64,000 nt of DNA from a virus. Taxonomy: Duplodnaviria; Caudoviricetes. The stretch is from positions 1-64,000 of IMG/VR virus record IMGVR_UViG_3300030419_006251; one strand, 5' to 3'. The notes under the pieces are model-generated. The model was given only the letters and a program-made list of their open reading frames with translations, was not told the DNA's origin and searched no databases. Shown here one piece after another: positions 24,911 to 34,096 of the stretch. Every line of letters starts with the position of its first letter. The first letter of the stretch is position 1. Made by a program: the position numbers and the translations under genes.

Positions 24911-25367
24911 CTGTACTCCCCAGAGCCCCATCACCTCTGTCGCTAATTGTAATCGGATACCAGTTATAAAGGTTGTCTCGATTAGTCTCTATTGCTCTAA
25001 AGTGTACCACGGGCACCATAACTACTTGCGCAATTTTAGTACCCGGCAGAATATGCTGCTCTTCTGTGCCTACATTGTGAAGGTTAATGAACACCTCACC
25101 ATCATATCCCGAGTCAATCACACAAGCGCCGACTAACAAGCCTCGCTTTGCGGCAACGCCGGAACGGTTCTTTACTTCTAACATATAACCATGCGGGACA
25201 CCAAACTTTAGACCCGTTGGCAGTACCATGCTGCTACCCGGCTTGATCGTCGCCATAGTAGTGCACGGCTCTTCGGGACTAAAATGTATGTCCAGGCCAG
25301 CATCGCTCGGATTAGCCCTCGTCGGAGGAGTTGCTGACGGCCTCACTCGATAATATTCCAATAACAT
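24903..25367 (-). CDS. dut: dUTPase (trimeric)
   Basis: 'DAGLD', 'NRSG', 'VIDSGYDGE', 'IAQ', 'RGDGALGSTG' motifs I-V. Confidence 0.95.
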   Translation of the reverse strand: MLLEYYRVRPSATPPTRANPSDAGLDIHFSPEEPCTTMATIKPGSSMVLPTGLKFGVPHGYMLEVKNRSGVAAKRGLLVGACVIDSGYDGEVFINLHNVGTEEQHILPGTKIAQVVMVPVVHFRAIETNRDNLYNWYPITISDRGDGALGSTGE

Positions 25368-25588
25368 TACTTGCTTCCTTTCTTATTGTTTTTTGGTTTT
25401 ACAAAGTCTGGGTGCCAGACTTTAAGTTTAAATTGTGTGCCGCCAGCTCCGCACCGTCGAATTTTGACTAGAAGTTTATTATCTGAATTTTCAGAAAGAA
25501 GCTTCTCCTTTCGCGCAGCAGCGGCTTCGTAGGTGCTTTCAATACCCACCTTTTTCCACGATTTGTTATTTTCTTTATTTGGATCCAT
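25367..25588 (-). CDS. hypothetical basic protein
   Basis: 73 aa, AGGAGG RBS, first gene after a sigma70 promoter. Confidence 0.65.
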   Translation of the reverse strand: MDPNKENNKSWKKVGIESTYEAAAARKEKLLSENSDNKLLVKIRRCGAGGTQFKLKVWHPDFVKPKNNKKGSK

Positions 25589-25609
25589 TGATCCCTCCTT
25601 GTTGATTAT

Positions 25610-25638
25610 AATTTAACACAAATTTTGCAAACTGTCAA
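25610..25638 (-). promoter_or_regulatory. sigma70-type promoter
   Basis: TTGACA-17 nt-TAAATT with TG extension, overlapping the HNH stop codon. Confidence 0.6.
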
Positions 25639-26294
25639 CCCAAGTCTGCAATTAAAACCTTGAGAAACTCTTCCTTTTGCTTTCTGCTGTGTCGCGACAG
25701 CAATCCTTGCGGAGTAATTTTAGCCACTCGACCAAACTCATCGAATATCCAATTATCCTTTGCTACCTTGTTGCACAACTGGCACTGAGGAATTATATTG
25801 CTATTGTTCATCGCCATCGTAGGATCCTTGTGTCCTTTCTCCAATACGACAATCTCGCGAGAATACCTGTGTGGCATTCCTTCTGTAGATCCGCATGTTG
25901 CACACGAATCGTTATACCTTTTCTTGATTAGGGAAAAGCTTAGGCTGCTCTCGTCTCTGCGACTGTTGTTAAAATATGGATTAACCTTTTCTAGATCCAC
26001 TAACACATATTCTCCCTTCTTAAGCTTGCGGCCTTCATATATCGAGCCGGCCTGTAGTATATTAAAGCCCGATTGCTTTCCTAGATGTCTCAGTGATTGC
26101 AAATCTTTCGTCTGCTTATTCATTCTTCCACATACTACTCTCTCCGCCTCGGCTTTGGTGATAACTCTTCCTCTATTTTGAAAAAGAAACAAGAGTACTT
26201 GTCCTTTTTGGGAATTTTCTCGGGGGAGCTTGACACCGAATTCCGACAGACCGGAAGCTTTAAATGTACTTTGCAATTCTTTATAAGTTTTCAC
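25635..26294 (-). CDS. HNH (His-Me finger) endonuclease with N-terminal winged-helix-like region
   Basis: 'CATCG...EKGHKDP...NIIPQCQLCN'; GTGA overlap with the dnaE stop. Confidence 0.8.
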   Translation of the reverse strand: MKTYKELQSTFKASGLSEFGVKLPRENSQKGQVLLFLFQNRGRVITKAEAERVVCGRMNKQTKDLQSLRHLGKQSGFNILQAGSIYEGRKLKKGEYVLVDLEKVNPYFNNSRRDESSLSFSLIKKRYNDSCATCGSTEGMPHRYSREIVVLEKGHKDPTMAMNNSNIIPQCQLCNKVAKDNWIFDEFGRVAKITPQGLLSRHSRKQKEEFLKVLIADLG

Positions 26295-29200
26295 GCCAAA
26301 AGCCTAAAGTTATGATATACTGAGCGGGTAGAGAACCCCCATTGTGGATCGTGATCTAGACGAGCCATGTATGGACGGTTGATGTGCACAACATCTCGGC
26401 CCGGGCGAACGCCCCAGCACTTAATGCTGGTGCTGTTGCTAGAGTCATCAACCACATCAACAATCCAGTAGTCTTTCCCATTTTTAGTCTTTCTGGATGT
26501 TACTTTTCTGGGTATGAACCAAGCCAACTGAAGATCCGGATCGAACTCAGAAATGGGCGGGACGAATCGTTCTTCTAGATTCTTGCGTACATACTCGCTC
26601 ATAACCAATGCAAACGGAAATACTCCAGTTAAGTCAACAAGGTATTGAATTTTCTCTTCTTCCGTGAATTCACCCTCTTCTGCATACAAGTCAATATTGG
26701 CGTCTAGGTTTTTTGGCTTTCGAGGCCTGTCCACTGCGACGGCGCTCCAAAAGTGCTTGGCACCGGAAAAGCGCTCATCGATTAAGCAATCCATCGCCCC
26801 GCTTCGAATAAGAACATCGAGTGCCTTTTTGTTAAGCTTGCTGTAAGTTATATCTTCACTAAACAAGAAGTCCTCGACAACTTGGAAAGGTCTATTATTG
26901 ACGATCTGTTCAATCGCTGCTTCTCCCAAACCTTTAATAGAAGTCAACGGCTGGATTAAAGTCTTGCCGTCCGCGGAAATTTCCCACACGGCGCCGGAAG
27001 TATTGATATCAAGGGATCTAATCGAAAATCCCATACTCTTTGCAATGTTGATGGCTCGCTCTTTTCTCCGTTCCGGCTCTTTATCCAAGAACGCGGCGAC
27101 CCATTCAGCAGGATAATAGTGACACAACCACGCACACTGATAGCTCAAGATAGAGTACGAGACAGCATGCGACTTGTTGAACCCATAGCCAGAAAAGTAT
27201 TCGAAAGTATCCCAAAGCTTTTGAGCATCGACGCGATGAATCTTTTTCTCGATGCATCCCGCAACGAACTTCTTATAAATCTTTTCTTTGTCCCTCGCGC
27301 CTTTGCCGGTGCCCTTCTTCGTCAACAGTTTACGCAGTTTGTTACCCTCGTCAAGCGAAATATCTTTGCCGAGCTTGTGAGCTAGAATTGCAATCTGCTC
27401 TTGGAAAATTAAAAAGCCGTAAGTATCTTCTGTTACCTCTTGCACGATCGGATGCAAATATCTAATATACTGTGGATTCTCTTTGGCTTCGACATACTGA
27501 TCGTCAACATCGGCACTGAGTGGGCCAGGACGATAAATCGATGTAATAGCAGACAGGTCAATAAGGCTTGTCGGTTTTGCTAGCCTGCAGAACTCCTGTG
27601 CGCCGGTTTCAGTGAATTGGAATATGCCGGCCCATTTGCCTTTGTGAAAAACATTCCTATACACATCCTCATCTTCAAGATCTAGAGAGTCAGGATGTAA
27701 GTGTTGATTATAATAATCTCGTACATGCGCGAAGGTTGGGTTCTCTATTCCGTGGTGACGACGAAGCACATGTTCTATGCAGCCCTCAATCATTCTAAGA
27801 GTGGACAATCCGAGAATATCAAACTTAATAAAGCCCATCGGCTCAAGATGTCTAACATTTTGACCCTCGCTCCACGGAGTCTGCCTAATACCGCCAGAAT
27901 TAATCAGAGGCATGTATTGATCTAGATTTTCTCCGACAACAACACCTCCAGCATGCCGAGAGCATGACCGTACTTGTCCATATAGGATATCAATGTGGTT
28001 GGCAATCTGAGGGTATTTTTTCAAGAAAGCCTGTAGGCTTTCGCTGAACTCTTTTACCTCTTCGAATGTTGGAACATAGACACCGGCCTTGATTCCGTGC
28101 TTCTTTTTTGCCGCAGGAGTCGCCTCGTAAATCATTTTACCAGTAACTTGGTTAACTTCGGTAAAAGGAATTCCATAAAATTTAGAAATATCTTTTACCA
28201 ACGAGCGAAGTTGCAAGGTGTTCCAGTTTGAAATCGGTACAACTGTATCATCGCCCCATTCCTCAATCAGTGTCTCTTTCAATTCCATCGGTTCGGCCAC
28301 ATCGTAATCGATATCGGGATAATCAGTAGCATCAGCACGCAAGAATCTAGAAAACAGTAGTCCATATTTAATTGGGTCAACCTGAGTGATCCCCAATGCA
28401 TAAGCTACTAATGAACCCGCTGCTGATCCGCGGCCTGGGCCAGTCAACATCGCACTCGTTGCCTTGTCTGAGATAGCTTTCATGGTTAGGAAATATTTAC
28501 TGAATCCCCGATCATCAATAACCTTTAATTCGCTTTTAAGCCTCTGTGCATATTCTTCATTATCGAATAATCCAAGACTGTTTAAGCCATCAACGCTCAA
28601 CTTAATAAGGGCTTGAGTATCTGTGAGGCCGGCCGGGACGACGAAATCAGGAAGTCTGACTGTATTGTCGGGTGCGAATTTTTCAATTCTTTGATGTGCA
28701 ATATCGTGTGTGTTCGTGATAGATCTCATCACCACATTGTCGTCATATTCAAACTCACACTCTGCGGAATACTTCTTATAGCTCTCCCAAATTTGATCTC
28801 CGTTTTTTGGATAAAGCTCGTAGCCTACCTCTTCGACACCAATTGGCAGTTCCGAATCCATATACTCCGGTAGGCCGCCTTTCCCCAGCCAGCCTAAGCG
28901 AGTATAAAGTTCTCGATCCTTCCAAGCATCGGGATTAGGATAGTGGCTGTCAGCAGTTGTTATAAGCTCAACTCCAAGCTCTTGAGCAACCTGAATTACA
29001 TATTGGTTAAGTTCGTGTTGTTCTTTAATATTGTTCCACTGTACTTCGGCATACCAGCGATCACCAAAAATACTGACCATACGCTCAGTTGTTGTACGCA
29101 TCGCGTTAAGTACGGCTTCGGAACCTTCTTCTCGATTTTCCCAATAATTACCAGCATAAACCCCACCAAGACAAGCAGAAGCAGCAATAATACCCTCGTT

Positions 29201-29737
29201 ATATTTTTCCAAAAGTGCATAGTCAATACGCGGATACCGGTAAAAGTTTTCAGACTTATAGGATTCCGATACCAACTTAAATAGGTTGTTCAAGCCGGTT
29301 TGGTTCTGAGCGAGGAGAACCAAGTGGCGCCGTCTCCGGAGAATGTCTTGAGTTTTCTTAGATGCCCCCTCGTCCTCAACAGTGGCTCCGGATGCTTTTT
29401 CGACCTTAATTGCCCGGGCGCGCTTTTTGTCTTCCATTGCTTTAGCATATTCTTCTTGCCACTCTTCCACAGAAGGAATAAAATATGCCTCTACGCCGTA
29501 AATTGGCTTAAAGTCTTTACCAGACTCTTGCATCTTGCGTGCATGAAGCACTTGATATGGCAATCCGTTCATATTGCCGTGATCTGTTAAAGCCAGAGCC
29601 GTACAGCCATTCTCGTATGCAAAATCCATGTGTTCTTGCGGATATCCGATGGCGTCAAAAATAGAGCCAGCGACAGAGTGAGCGTGAAGACCGACGAAAG
29701 GAATTGATGGTTTATTCTTGATCAAAATTTTCTCCAA
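26291..29737 (-). CDS. dnaE: DNA polymerase III alpha subunit (family C, DnaE) with PHP domain
   Basis: PHP 'LHAHS', 'TDHGN', 'VEAY', 'DSHY'; 'GRGSAAGS', 'PDIDYD', 'KFDILGL', 'YRPGP', 'FNKSHA'; C-terminal OB fold. Confidence 0.97.
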   Translation of the reverse strand: MEKILIKNKPSIPFVGLHAHSVAGSIFDAIGYPQEHMDFAYENGCTALALTDHGNMNGLPYQVLHARKMQESGKDFKPIYGVEAYFIPSVEEWQEEYAKAMEDKKRARAIKVEKASGATVEDEGASKKTQDILRRRRHLVLLAQNQTGLNNLFKLVSESYKSENFYRYPRIDYALLEKYNEGIIAASACLGGVYAGNYWENREEGSEAVLNAMRTTTERMVSIFGDRWYAEVQWNNIKEQHELNQYVIQVAQELGVELITTADSHYPNPDAWKDRELYTRLGWLGKGGLPEYMDSELPIGVEEVGYELYPKNGDQIWESYKKYSAECEFEYDDNVVMRSITNTHDIAHQRIEKFAPDNTVRLPDFVVPAGLTDTQALIKLSVDGLNSLGLFDNEEYAQRLKSELKVIDDRGFSKYFLTMKAISDKATSAMLTGPGRGSAAGSLVAYALGITQVDPIKYGLLFSRFLRADATDYPDIDYDVAEPMELKETLIEEWGDDTVVPISNWNTLQLRSLVKDISKFYGIPFTEVNQVTGKMIYEATPAAKKKHGIKAGVYVPTFEEVKEFSESLQAFLKKYPQIANHIDILYGQVRSCSRHAGGVVVGENLDQYMPLINSGGIRQTPWSEGQNVRHLEPMGFIKFDILGLSTLRMIEGCIEHVLRRHHGIENPTFAHVRDYYNQHLHPDSLDLEDEDVYRNVFHKGKWAGIFQFTETGAQEFCRLAKPTSLIDLSAITSIYRPGPLSADVDDQYVEAKENPQYIRYLHPIVQEVTEDTYGFLIFQEQIAILAHKLGKDISLDEGNKLRKLLTKKGTGKGARDKEKIYKKFVAGCIEKKIHRVDAQKLWDTFEYFSGYGFNKSHAVSYSILSYQCAWLCHYYPAEWVAAFLDKEPERRKERAINIAKSMGFSIRSLDINTSGAVWEISADGKTLIQPLTSIKGLGEAAIEQIVNNRPFQVVEDFLFSEDITYSKLNKKALDVLIRSGAMDCLIDERFSGAKHFWSAVAVDRPRKPKNLDANIDLYAEEGEFTEEEKIQYLVDLTGVFPFALVMSEYVRKNLEERFVPPISEFDPDLQLAWFIPRKVTSRKTKNGKDYWIVDVVDDSSNSTSIKCWGVRPGRDVVHINRPYMARLDHDPQWGFSTRSVYHNFRLLA

Positions 29738-30635
29738 TTTGGTTTAATTCGTTATATTTTAATATCATTTTATGAGGTCGCTTAACTAATCGTCTGTTAG
29801 TTGACGAGATGAAATCACAGTACCCCTGCCAGCTATCAACTTGATGATACCAGTCAATCGATGTATTTACATCTTCTTTAATTATAACTGATTTAAATAC
29901 TTTGTCAAGTGGAAAAGACCTCGCGGACCATCTTTCTTCTATTGGCAACACTTCGTTTGAAAGGCCAGAGTTTGGAGGCCTAATACCTGTGGCTGATTCT
30001 CTAAGCTCTTTGCGTATTCTTATAAAATCTTCACCATTAAATGTGAAGCCCAGATGAAGTCCGTCTCTGATGGTTTTGTTGTCATAAGATAAATTAAACC
30101 TTTTGTTCGAGGAGATTTGTTTTCTATGTTCTCGTAATACGCTATTATCATAAATGCCGTATGGAAAAGCAGCATAATATTTGTCAGGAATTACCCACTT
30201 GCTCATTCTCTTGCTTATCCAGTATGCAGTTTCCGCTCCGTACAACACACTCCACCCTAAACAATCTCGTTTATCCCGATCTTTGGGGTGCACGGGTACA
30301 TAATATATCGGTATCAATTTTCGACTTTCCGAGGGATGCCTATCGTGACGGCGGCCGAACCACACAGGATCTTGTACTGCCTCACCAAGCTCATGCCTAA
30401 TAAGCGGCTGCATTTCATAATGACACACGATCCATATTGTTTCACAACCTGCCCATGCGCATTCCATCACGGCATGATGTATCGCCAAATAATTTGGCGA
30501 AAGTGGCATCATACAATCGTGCCACGGGAACCCAAAATCTAAGGGCTGGCCGGCCACGGGGATTATGCCGGCAAGGTGAAACGAATTAATGTTCTGTCTT
30601 CCGGTCCTCATACACTTCATACTCGCTGTAGTCAA
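29712..30635 (-). CDS. divergent sugar-phosphate nucleotidyltransferase-like (GT-A fold) protein
   Basis: 'LAGIIPVAG...MMPL...AGCETIWIV' aligns by eye with the RmlA/GalU N-terminus, but GxGTR and PK are missing. Confidence 0.6.
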   Translation of the reverse strand: MTTASMKCMRTGRQNINSFHLAGIIPVAGQPLDFGFPWHDCMMPLSPNYLAIHHAVMECAWAGCETIWIVCHYEMQPLIRHELGEAVQDPVWFGRRHDRHPSESRKLIPIYYVPVHPKDRDKRDCLGWSVLYGAETAYWISKRMSKWVIPDKYYAAFPYGIYDNSVLREHRKQISSNKRFNLSYDNKTIRDGLHLGFTFNGEDFIRIRKELRESATGIRPPNSGLSNEVLPIEERWSARSFPLDKVFKSVIIKEDVNTSIDWYHQVDSWQGYCDFISSTNRRLVKRPHKMILKYNELNQIGENFDQE

Positions 30636-31371
30636 AAATCATATTTTCCGTATCTTTGTACAAATCTCTAGTAAGTTTATTTATCTCTCTATGTGACGGC
30701 TCAATCTTTAGTGGATTGTATCTGTTATTTCCCGTTTTTTGAGATGAACCGTTCTTGGCGCCTACAATTCCCGCCTCCCTCATCAAGTGTAGCGATTTAA
30801 ATTTAGCATAAATTTCAGAATATTCTATGTCGTTCACCTGTTCTTCGGTTAGATATGAAATCGCTACAAAATCTTTTTTGTCATGATTGCCATCAATCCT
30901 TTCAGACGGATAAAAGTGTATACGCCTAACAAAATCCGACTCCGATTCCAACAAATGATGCTTGTGACACATTCCACTTCTGACATCAAACCAATCTATC
31001 GCCTCGTATCGATGTTTCTGCTTTTTATGTGGAAGACCTAATCCGATTATACCCTGCTCGTCGAAAAGTCTTATTTTCTTAAACCGAAATAGAATTATCC
31101 TAGAAGTCTTGGTGATAATATTTAGAATATTATCTTCTATCCTGATTGACCGTACCTTATCTGACAGCGGAACGAGACCTTCCAGGGACAAGAGAAACAA
31201 AAGCTTTCTGTACTTTTCAAGTTTGGAGCTACCATCTTCGTTTTTCTCGAAAAAGTGTGGCGGCGATGGCTCAACAAACAATATTGGTAATTTGTTGTTA
31301 TAACAATATGCTACAGCACTATAAGTGCCGCCAACCACAATTGTATCAAAATCATACTGATGCGTTTTCAT
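30586..31371 (-). CDS. divergent FAD/NAD-binding-like protein
   Basis: N-terminal 'FDTIVVGGTYSAVAYC...LPILFVE' beta-alpha-beta pattern with an incomplete GxGxxG. Confidence 0.5.
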   Translation of the reverse strand: MKTHQYDFDTIVVGGTYSAVAYCYNNKLPILFVEPSPPHFFEKNEDGSSKLEKYRKLLFLLSLEGLVPLSDKVRSIRIEDNILNIITKTSRIILFRFKKIRLFDEQGIIGLGLPHKKQKHRYEAIDWFDVRSGMCHKHHLLESESDFVRRIHFYPSERIDGNHDKKDFVAISYLTEEQVNDIEYSEIYAKFKSLHLMREAGIVGAKNGSSQKTGNNRYNPLKIEPSHREINKLTRDLYKDTENMIFDYSEYEVYEDRKTEH

Positions 31372-31657
31372 AAATGGTGCAAAGAATATAGTTTTCTAAG
31401 ATTAAATGTAACTTTTGCTCCTTATATTCTAGCTCCTTGATCATAGAACGCTCGACAATTGCCATGGTGTTCTCTGAAGCGGGCTTATACTTTACATCAG
31501 CGGCCCAATCAACAAGCTTCACTGTTGCATACTCTGATTGCTGCGGCCTATAGTCTTCTGGTAATAAAATGTTGTGTTCAGATTTTTCTTTTTCTTCTTC
31601 CACAAGTTCGATCAAATAGTGTCGATTTACTGGTAAATAAATAGTCTCTAGTGTCAT
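31352..31657 (-). CDS. groES: co-chaperonin GroES-like
   Basis: 101 aa; 'LPVNRHYLIELVEEEKEKSEHNILLPE' and 'LHLILENYILCTI' match GroES termini. Confidence 0.7.
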   Translation of the reverse strand: MTLETIYLPVNRHYLIELVEEEKEKSEHNILLPEDYRPQQSEYATVKLVDWAADVKYKPASENTMAIVERSMIKELEYKEQKLHLILENYILCTIYENASV

Positions 31658-31678
31658 GTTTTTATCTCCTTTATTTTA

Positions 31679-34096
31679 TTAACTGCACTTAGAATAGCCG
31701 CATGCAGTACATGACACACACCCGTCTACATAGACTAGAGTCTCCTCGTTGCAAGAGGAGCAGAACTTGTCTCCAGGCATTGTACCATCTTTAATATAAT
31801 TTTTTAACACTCTGGCGACACACTTTGCAAATGAGAACATATCACTGTCGCGATCTTTCTGCATCTGCTCAACAACATACTGCACAGAGGCTCCGTGGCG
31901 CAAGCCCAAAGAAATCATTCTTGTAAATGCCGAGTGGTTAGGGTTGTCGAACACCTTAACAATATCCTTTATCACTATCTCATCACCATTTTCTCCGAAC
32001 CTAAGATCATAAACGGAATTCATCGTCTTGCGGTGATGCTTGATCAGTGCGCCTTCGGTATATTTCTTGGGAATCTCAACATAATTCGCCAATCCTCCCA
32101 TGACCTCATATGGTTTGTCGTCCATGAGTCCAACTAATATTGTCCACTTTTCCCCTTTGATCGTGGTGTGGTGTATTCTGCATTCTAACTCTTTCGGCCT
32201 GGAAGGTGCTGTGTGTTGTGGAAACAGTGCGTCAGTCTTGGTTTGAGTCACCAGAACTCCCGAGCGGGAACCGTCAACATAGACAGTAATTCCCTTGAGG
32301 CCGCGGCGCCAACCTTCAAAATACAGATTTGATACGACTGCCGGATCTGTATCCTTTGGTAAGTTAATAGTTGAACTGATCGAATGATCGATAAACTTTT
32401 GGATTGTAGCTTGTACTTCTATTCTGCGAAGCCAGTCGATCTGATCGCTTTCAACAAAAAAACTAGGCAATGTATCTGTGTCGTGTTCATTGATCCACTG
32501 TTGAACATTGTGATGAAATACTGCATATTCTATCCATCGATCCCCCAGTTCGTCCACATAGTCAGGTTCAGTATCTGTCTCGTTGTGGGATAACTTTCTT
32601 CGACGCGTATACTTGTTTCGAAATACTGGCTCTAGTCCCGAACTAGTTTGTGATAATATTGACACTGAACCTGTCGGAGCATTTGTCAAAATTGAAATAT
32701 TTCTTCGACCCACTTGGCTCATAAGGGTTTGTATGTTTTGTGGCAAATTCTTAATGAATGCGTTATTACGCTCTTGCTGCCAGTTAAAAACTTCAAACGA
32801 GCCTCGCTCTTCTGCCAGACGCGCACTCTCTAAATACGCCGAGTTTCTGAGTGTTTCGTAAATTTTTCCGATTACTGTGTTAGCTTTTTTGGAGTCGTAA
32901 GCCAGATTCAAGCATGCAACTGCATCTGCGAGGCCGTGGGTACCCAGACCGGTTCTTCTGCCCGTCGCACACGCAGTCCGAAGTTTGAGCCACAGTTCTC
33001 TCTCGTCTGGAGTATCACATACTTCAATTATTTTATCTAATTTTTCTAGTTCAAGTTCTACCAAATCGTCTGATAGTCTCATTGCCATTGCGGCAACCTC
33101 GGACAACTTTGAAAAATCAAACTCAGCTTTTTTATTAAATTTGTTTTTGACAAAGCTCTTGAGATTAATGGAGATGAGCCGACAAGAATCGTGTGCCGAC
33201 AGGGGAATCTCTCCACAAGGATTAGTAGTGATCGTCTTAAAGCCTTGTTGTGCATATTCTTCTGCTGGTAGCGACTTGGTTATATTATCCCACATAAGCA
33301 GGCCGGGTTCTGCGGTTTTTGTAGCGGATTCCACAATAGAATCCCACAACTCCTTTGCTTGAACTTCTTTTGTGTGTGTTGGTTTGTCCGATCCAACGGG
33401 AAAATGCAGCGTAAATGTTCCGTCTTCTTCTACCGCCTTCATAAAACTGTCGCTTATCTTAACAGAGACATTTGCGCCGGTTACTTTAGTCAAGTCATGT
33501 TTCATAGTAATAAATTTTTCAATATCCGGATGACGGATATCCATAGTAATCATCAAGGCGCCGCGGCGGCCATTCTGACCTATCATCCTACAGATATACG
33601 AATAAAGATCGGCGAAAGACCACGCTCCAGTAGTAGTACCGGCAGAATTATTTACCGATGTTCCCTCTGGGCGCAAATCGCTAATATCAACACCGACGCC
33701 ACAACGACGCTTAAATAAATTAGCAAGATTTTTTCCGGAGTCAACAATTGAAGAGATGTTGTCTGCTGGTGATTCCACCACCACGCAATTTGATAAGGAT
33801 ACATTGACATAATTGTTTCCAATGCCCATCATGGGCGAACCTTGTGGCACGATATATCTAAAATTCTTAAGATATTCATAAATCTTGTCAACCGAGAGAG
33901 CGCGTTCGCTGTTAAAAGCTTGCTCGACCCTGGCAAACTCAGAAGCCATTCTTCTATGCATGTCGTCGGGCGTTTTTTCTACATACCTTCCTTTGTTATC
34001 TTTAAGGGCATACTTTGTCATCCAGACATTCGTTGCCAATTCATCATTCTCAAAATACTCTAAAGTTGCATCATGAACTTCTTTTTTACTATACAT
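31679..34096 (-). CDS. nrdJ: class II (adenosylcobalamin-dependent) ribonucleotide reductase
   Basis: 'KYALKD', 'SLSNC', 'GVGVDISDLRP', 'TTNPCGEI', 'RRTGLG', 'APTGS', 'KGITVYVDGSR'; C-terminal Cys-rich tail. Confidence 0.95.
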   Translation of the reverse strand: MYSKKEVHDATLEYFENDELATNVWMTKYALKDNKGRYVEKTPDDMHRRMASEFARVEQAFNSERALSVDKIYEYLKNFRYIVPQGSPMMGIGNNYVNVSLSNCVVVESPADNISSIVDSGKNLANLFKRRCGVGVDISDLRPEGTSVNNSAGTTTGAWSFADLYSYICRMIGQNGRRGALMITMDIRHPDIEKFITMKHDLTKVTGANVSVKISDSFMKAVEEDGTFTLHFPVGSDKPTHTKEVQAKELWDSIVESATKTAEPGLLMWDNITKSLPAEEYAQQGFKTITTNPCGEIPLSAHDSCRLISINLKSFVKNKFNKKAEFDFSKLSEVAAMAMRLSDDLVELELEKLDKIIEVCDTPDERELWLKLRTACATGRRTGLGTHGLADAVACLNLAYDSKKANTVIGKIYETLRNSAYLESARLAEERGSFEVFNWQQERNNAFIKNLPQNIQTLMSQVGRRNISILTNAPTGSVSILSQTSSGLEPVFRNKYTRRRKLSHNETDTEPDYVDELGDRWIEYAVFHHNVQQWINEHDTDTLPSFFVESDQIDWLRRIEVQATIQKFIDHSISSTINLPKDTDPAVVSNLYFEGWRRGLKGITVYVDGSRSGVLVTQTKTDALFPQHTAPSRPKELECRIHHTTIKGEKWTILVGLMDDKPYEVMGGLANYVEIPKKYTEGALIKHHRKTMNSVYDLRFGENGDEIVIKDIVKVFDNPNHSAFTRMISLGLRHGASVQYVVEQMQKDRDSDMFSFAKCVARVLKNYIKDGTMPGDKFCSSCNEETLVYVDGCVSCTACGYSKCS

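Noticed and set aside
26265-26294. 'MKTYKE' start of the HNH resembling the T4 capsid-targeting sequence
   Set aside because: It lacks the F/I-x-E ending, uses a GTG start coupled to dnaE, and sits in a replication operon; probably coincidental
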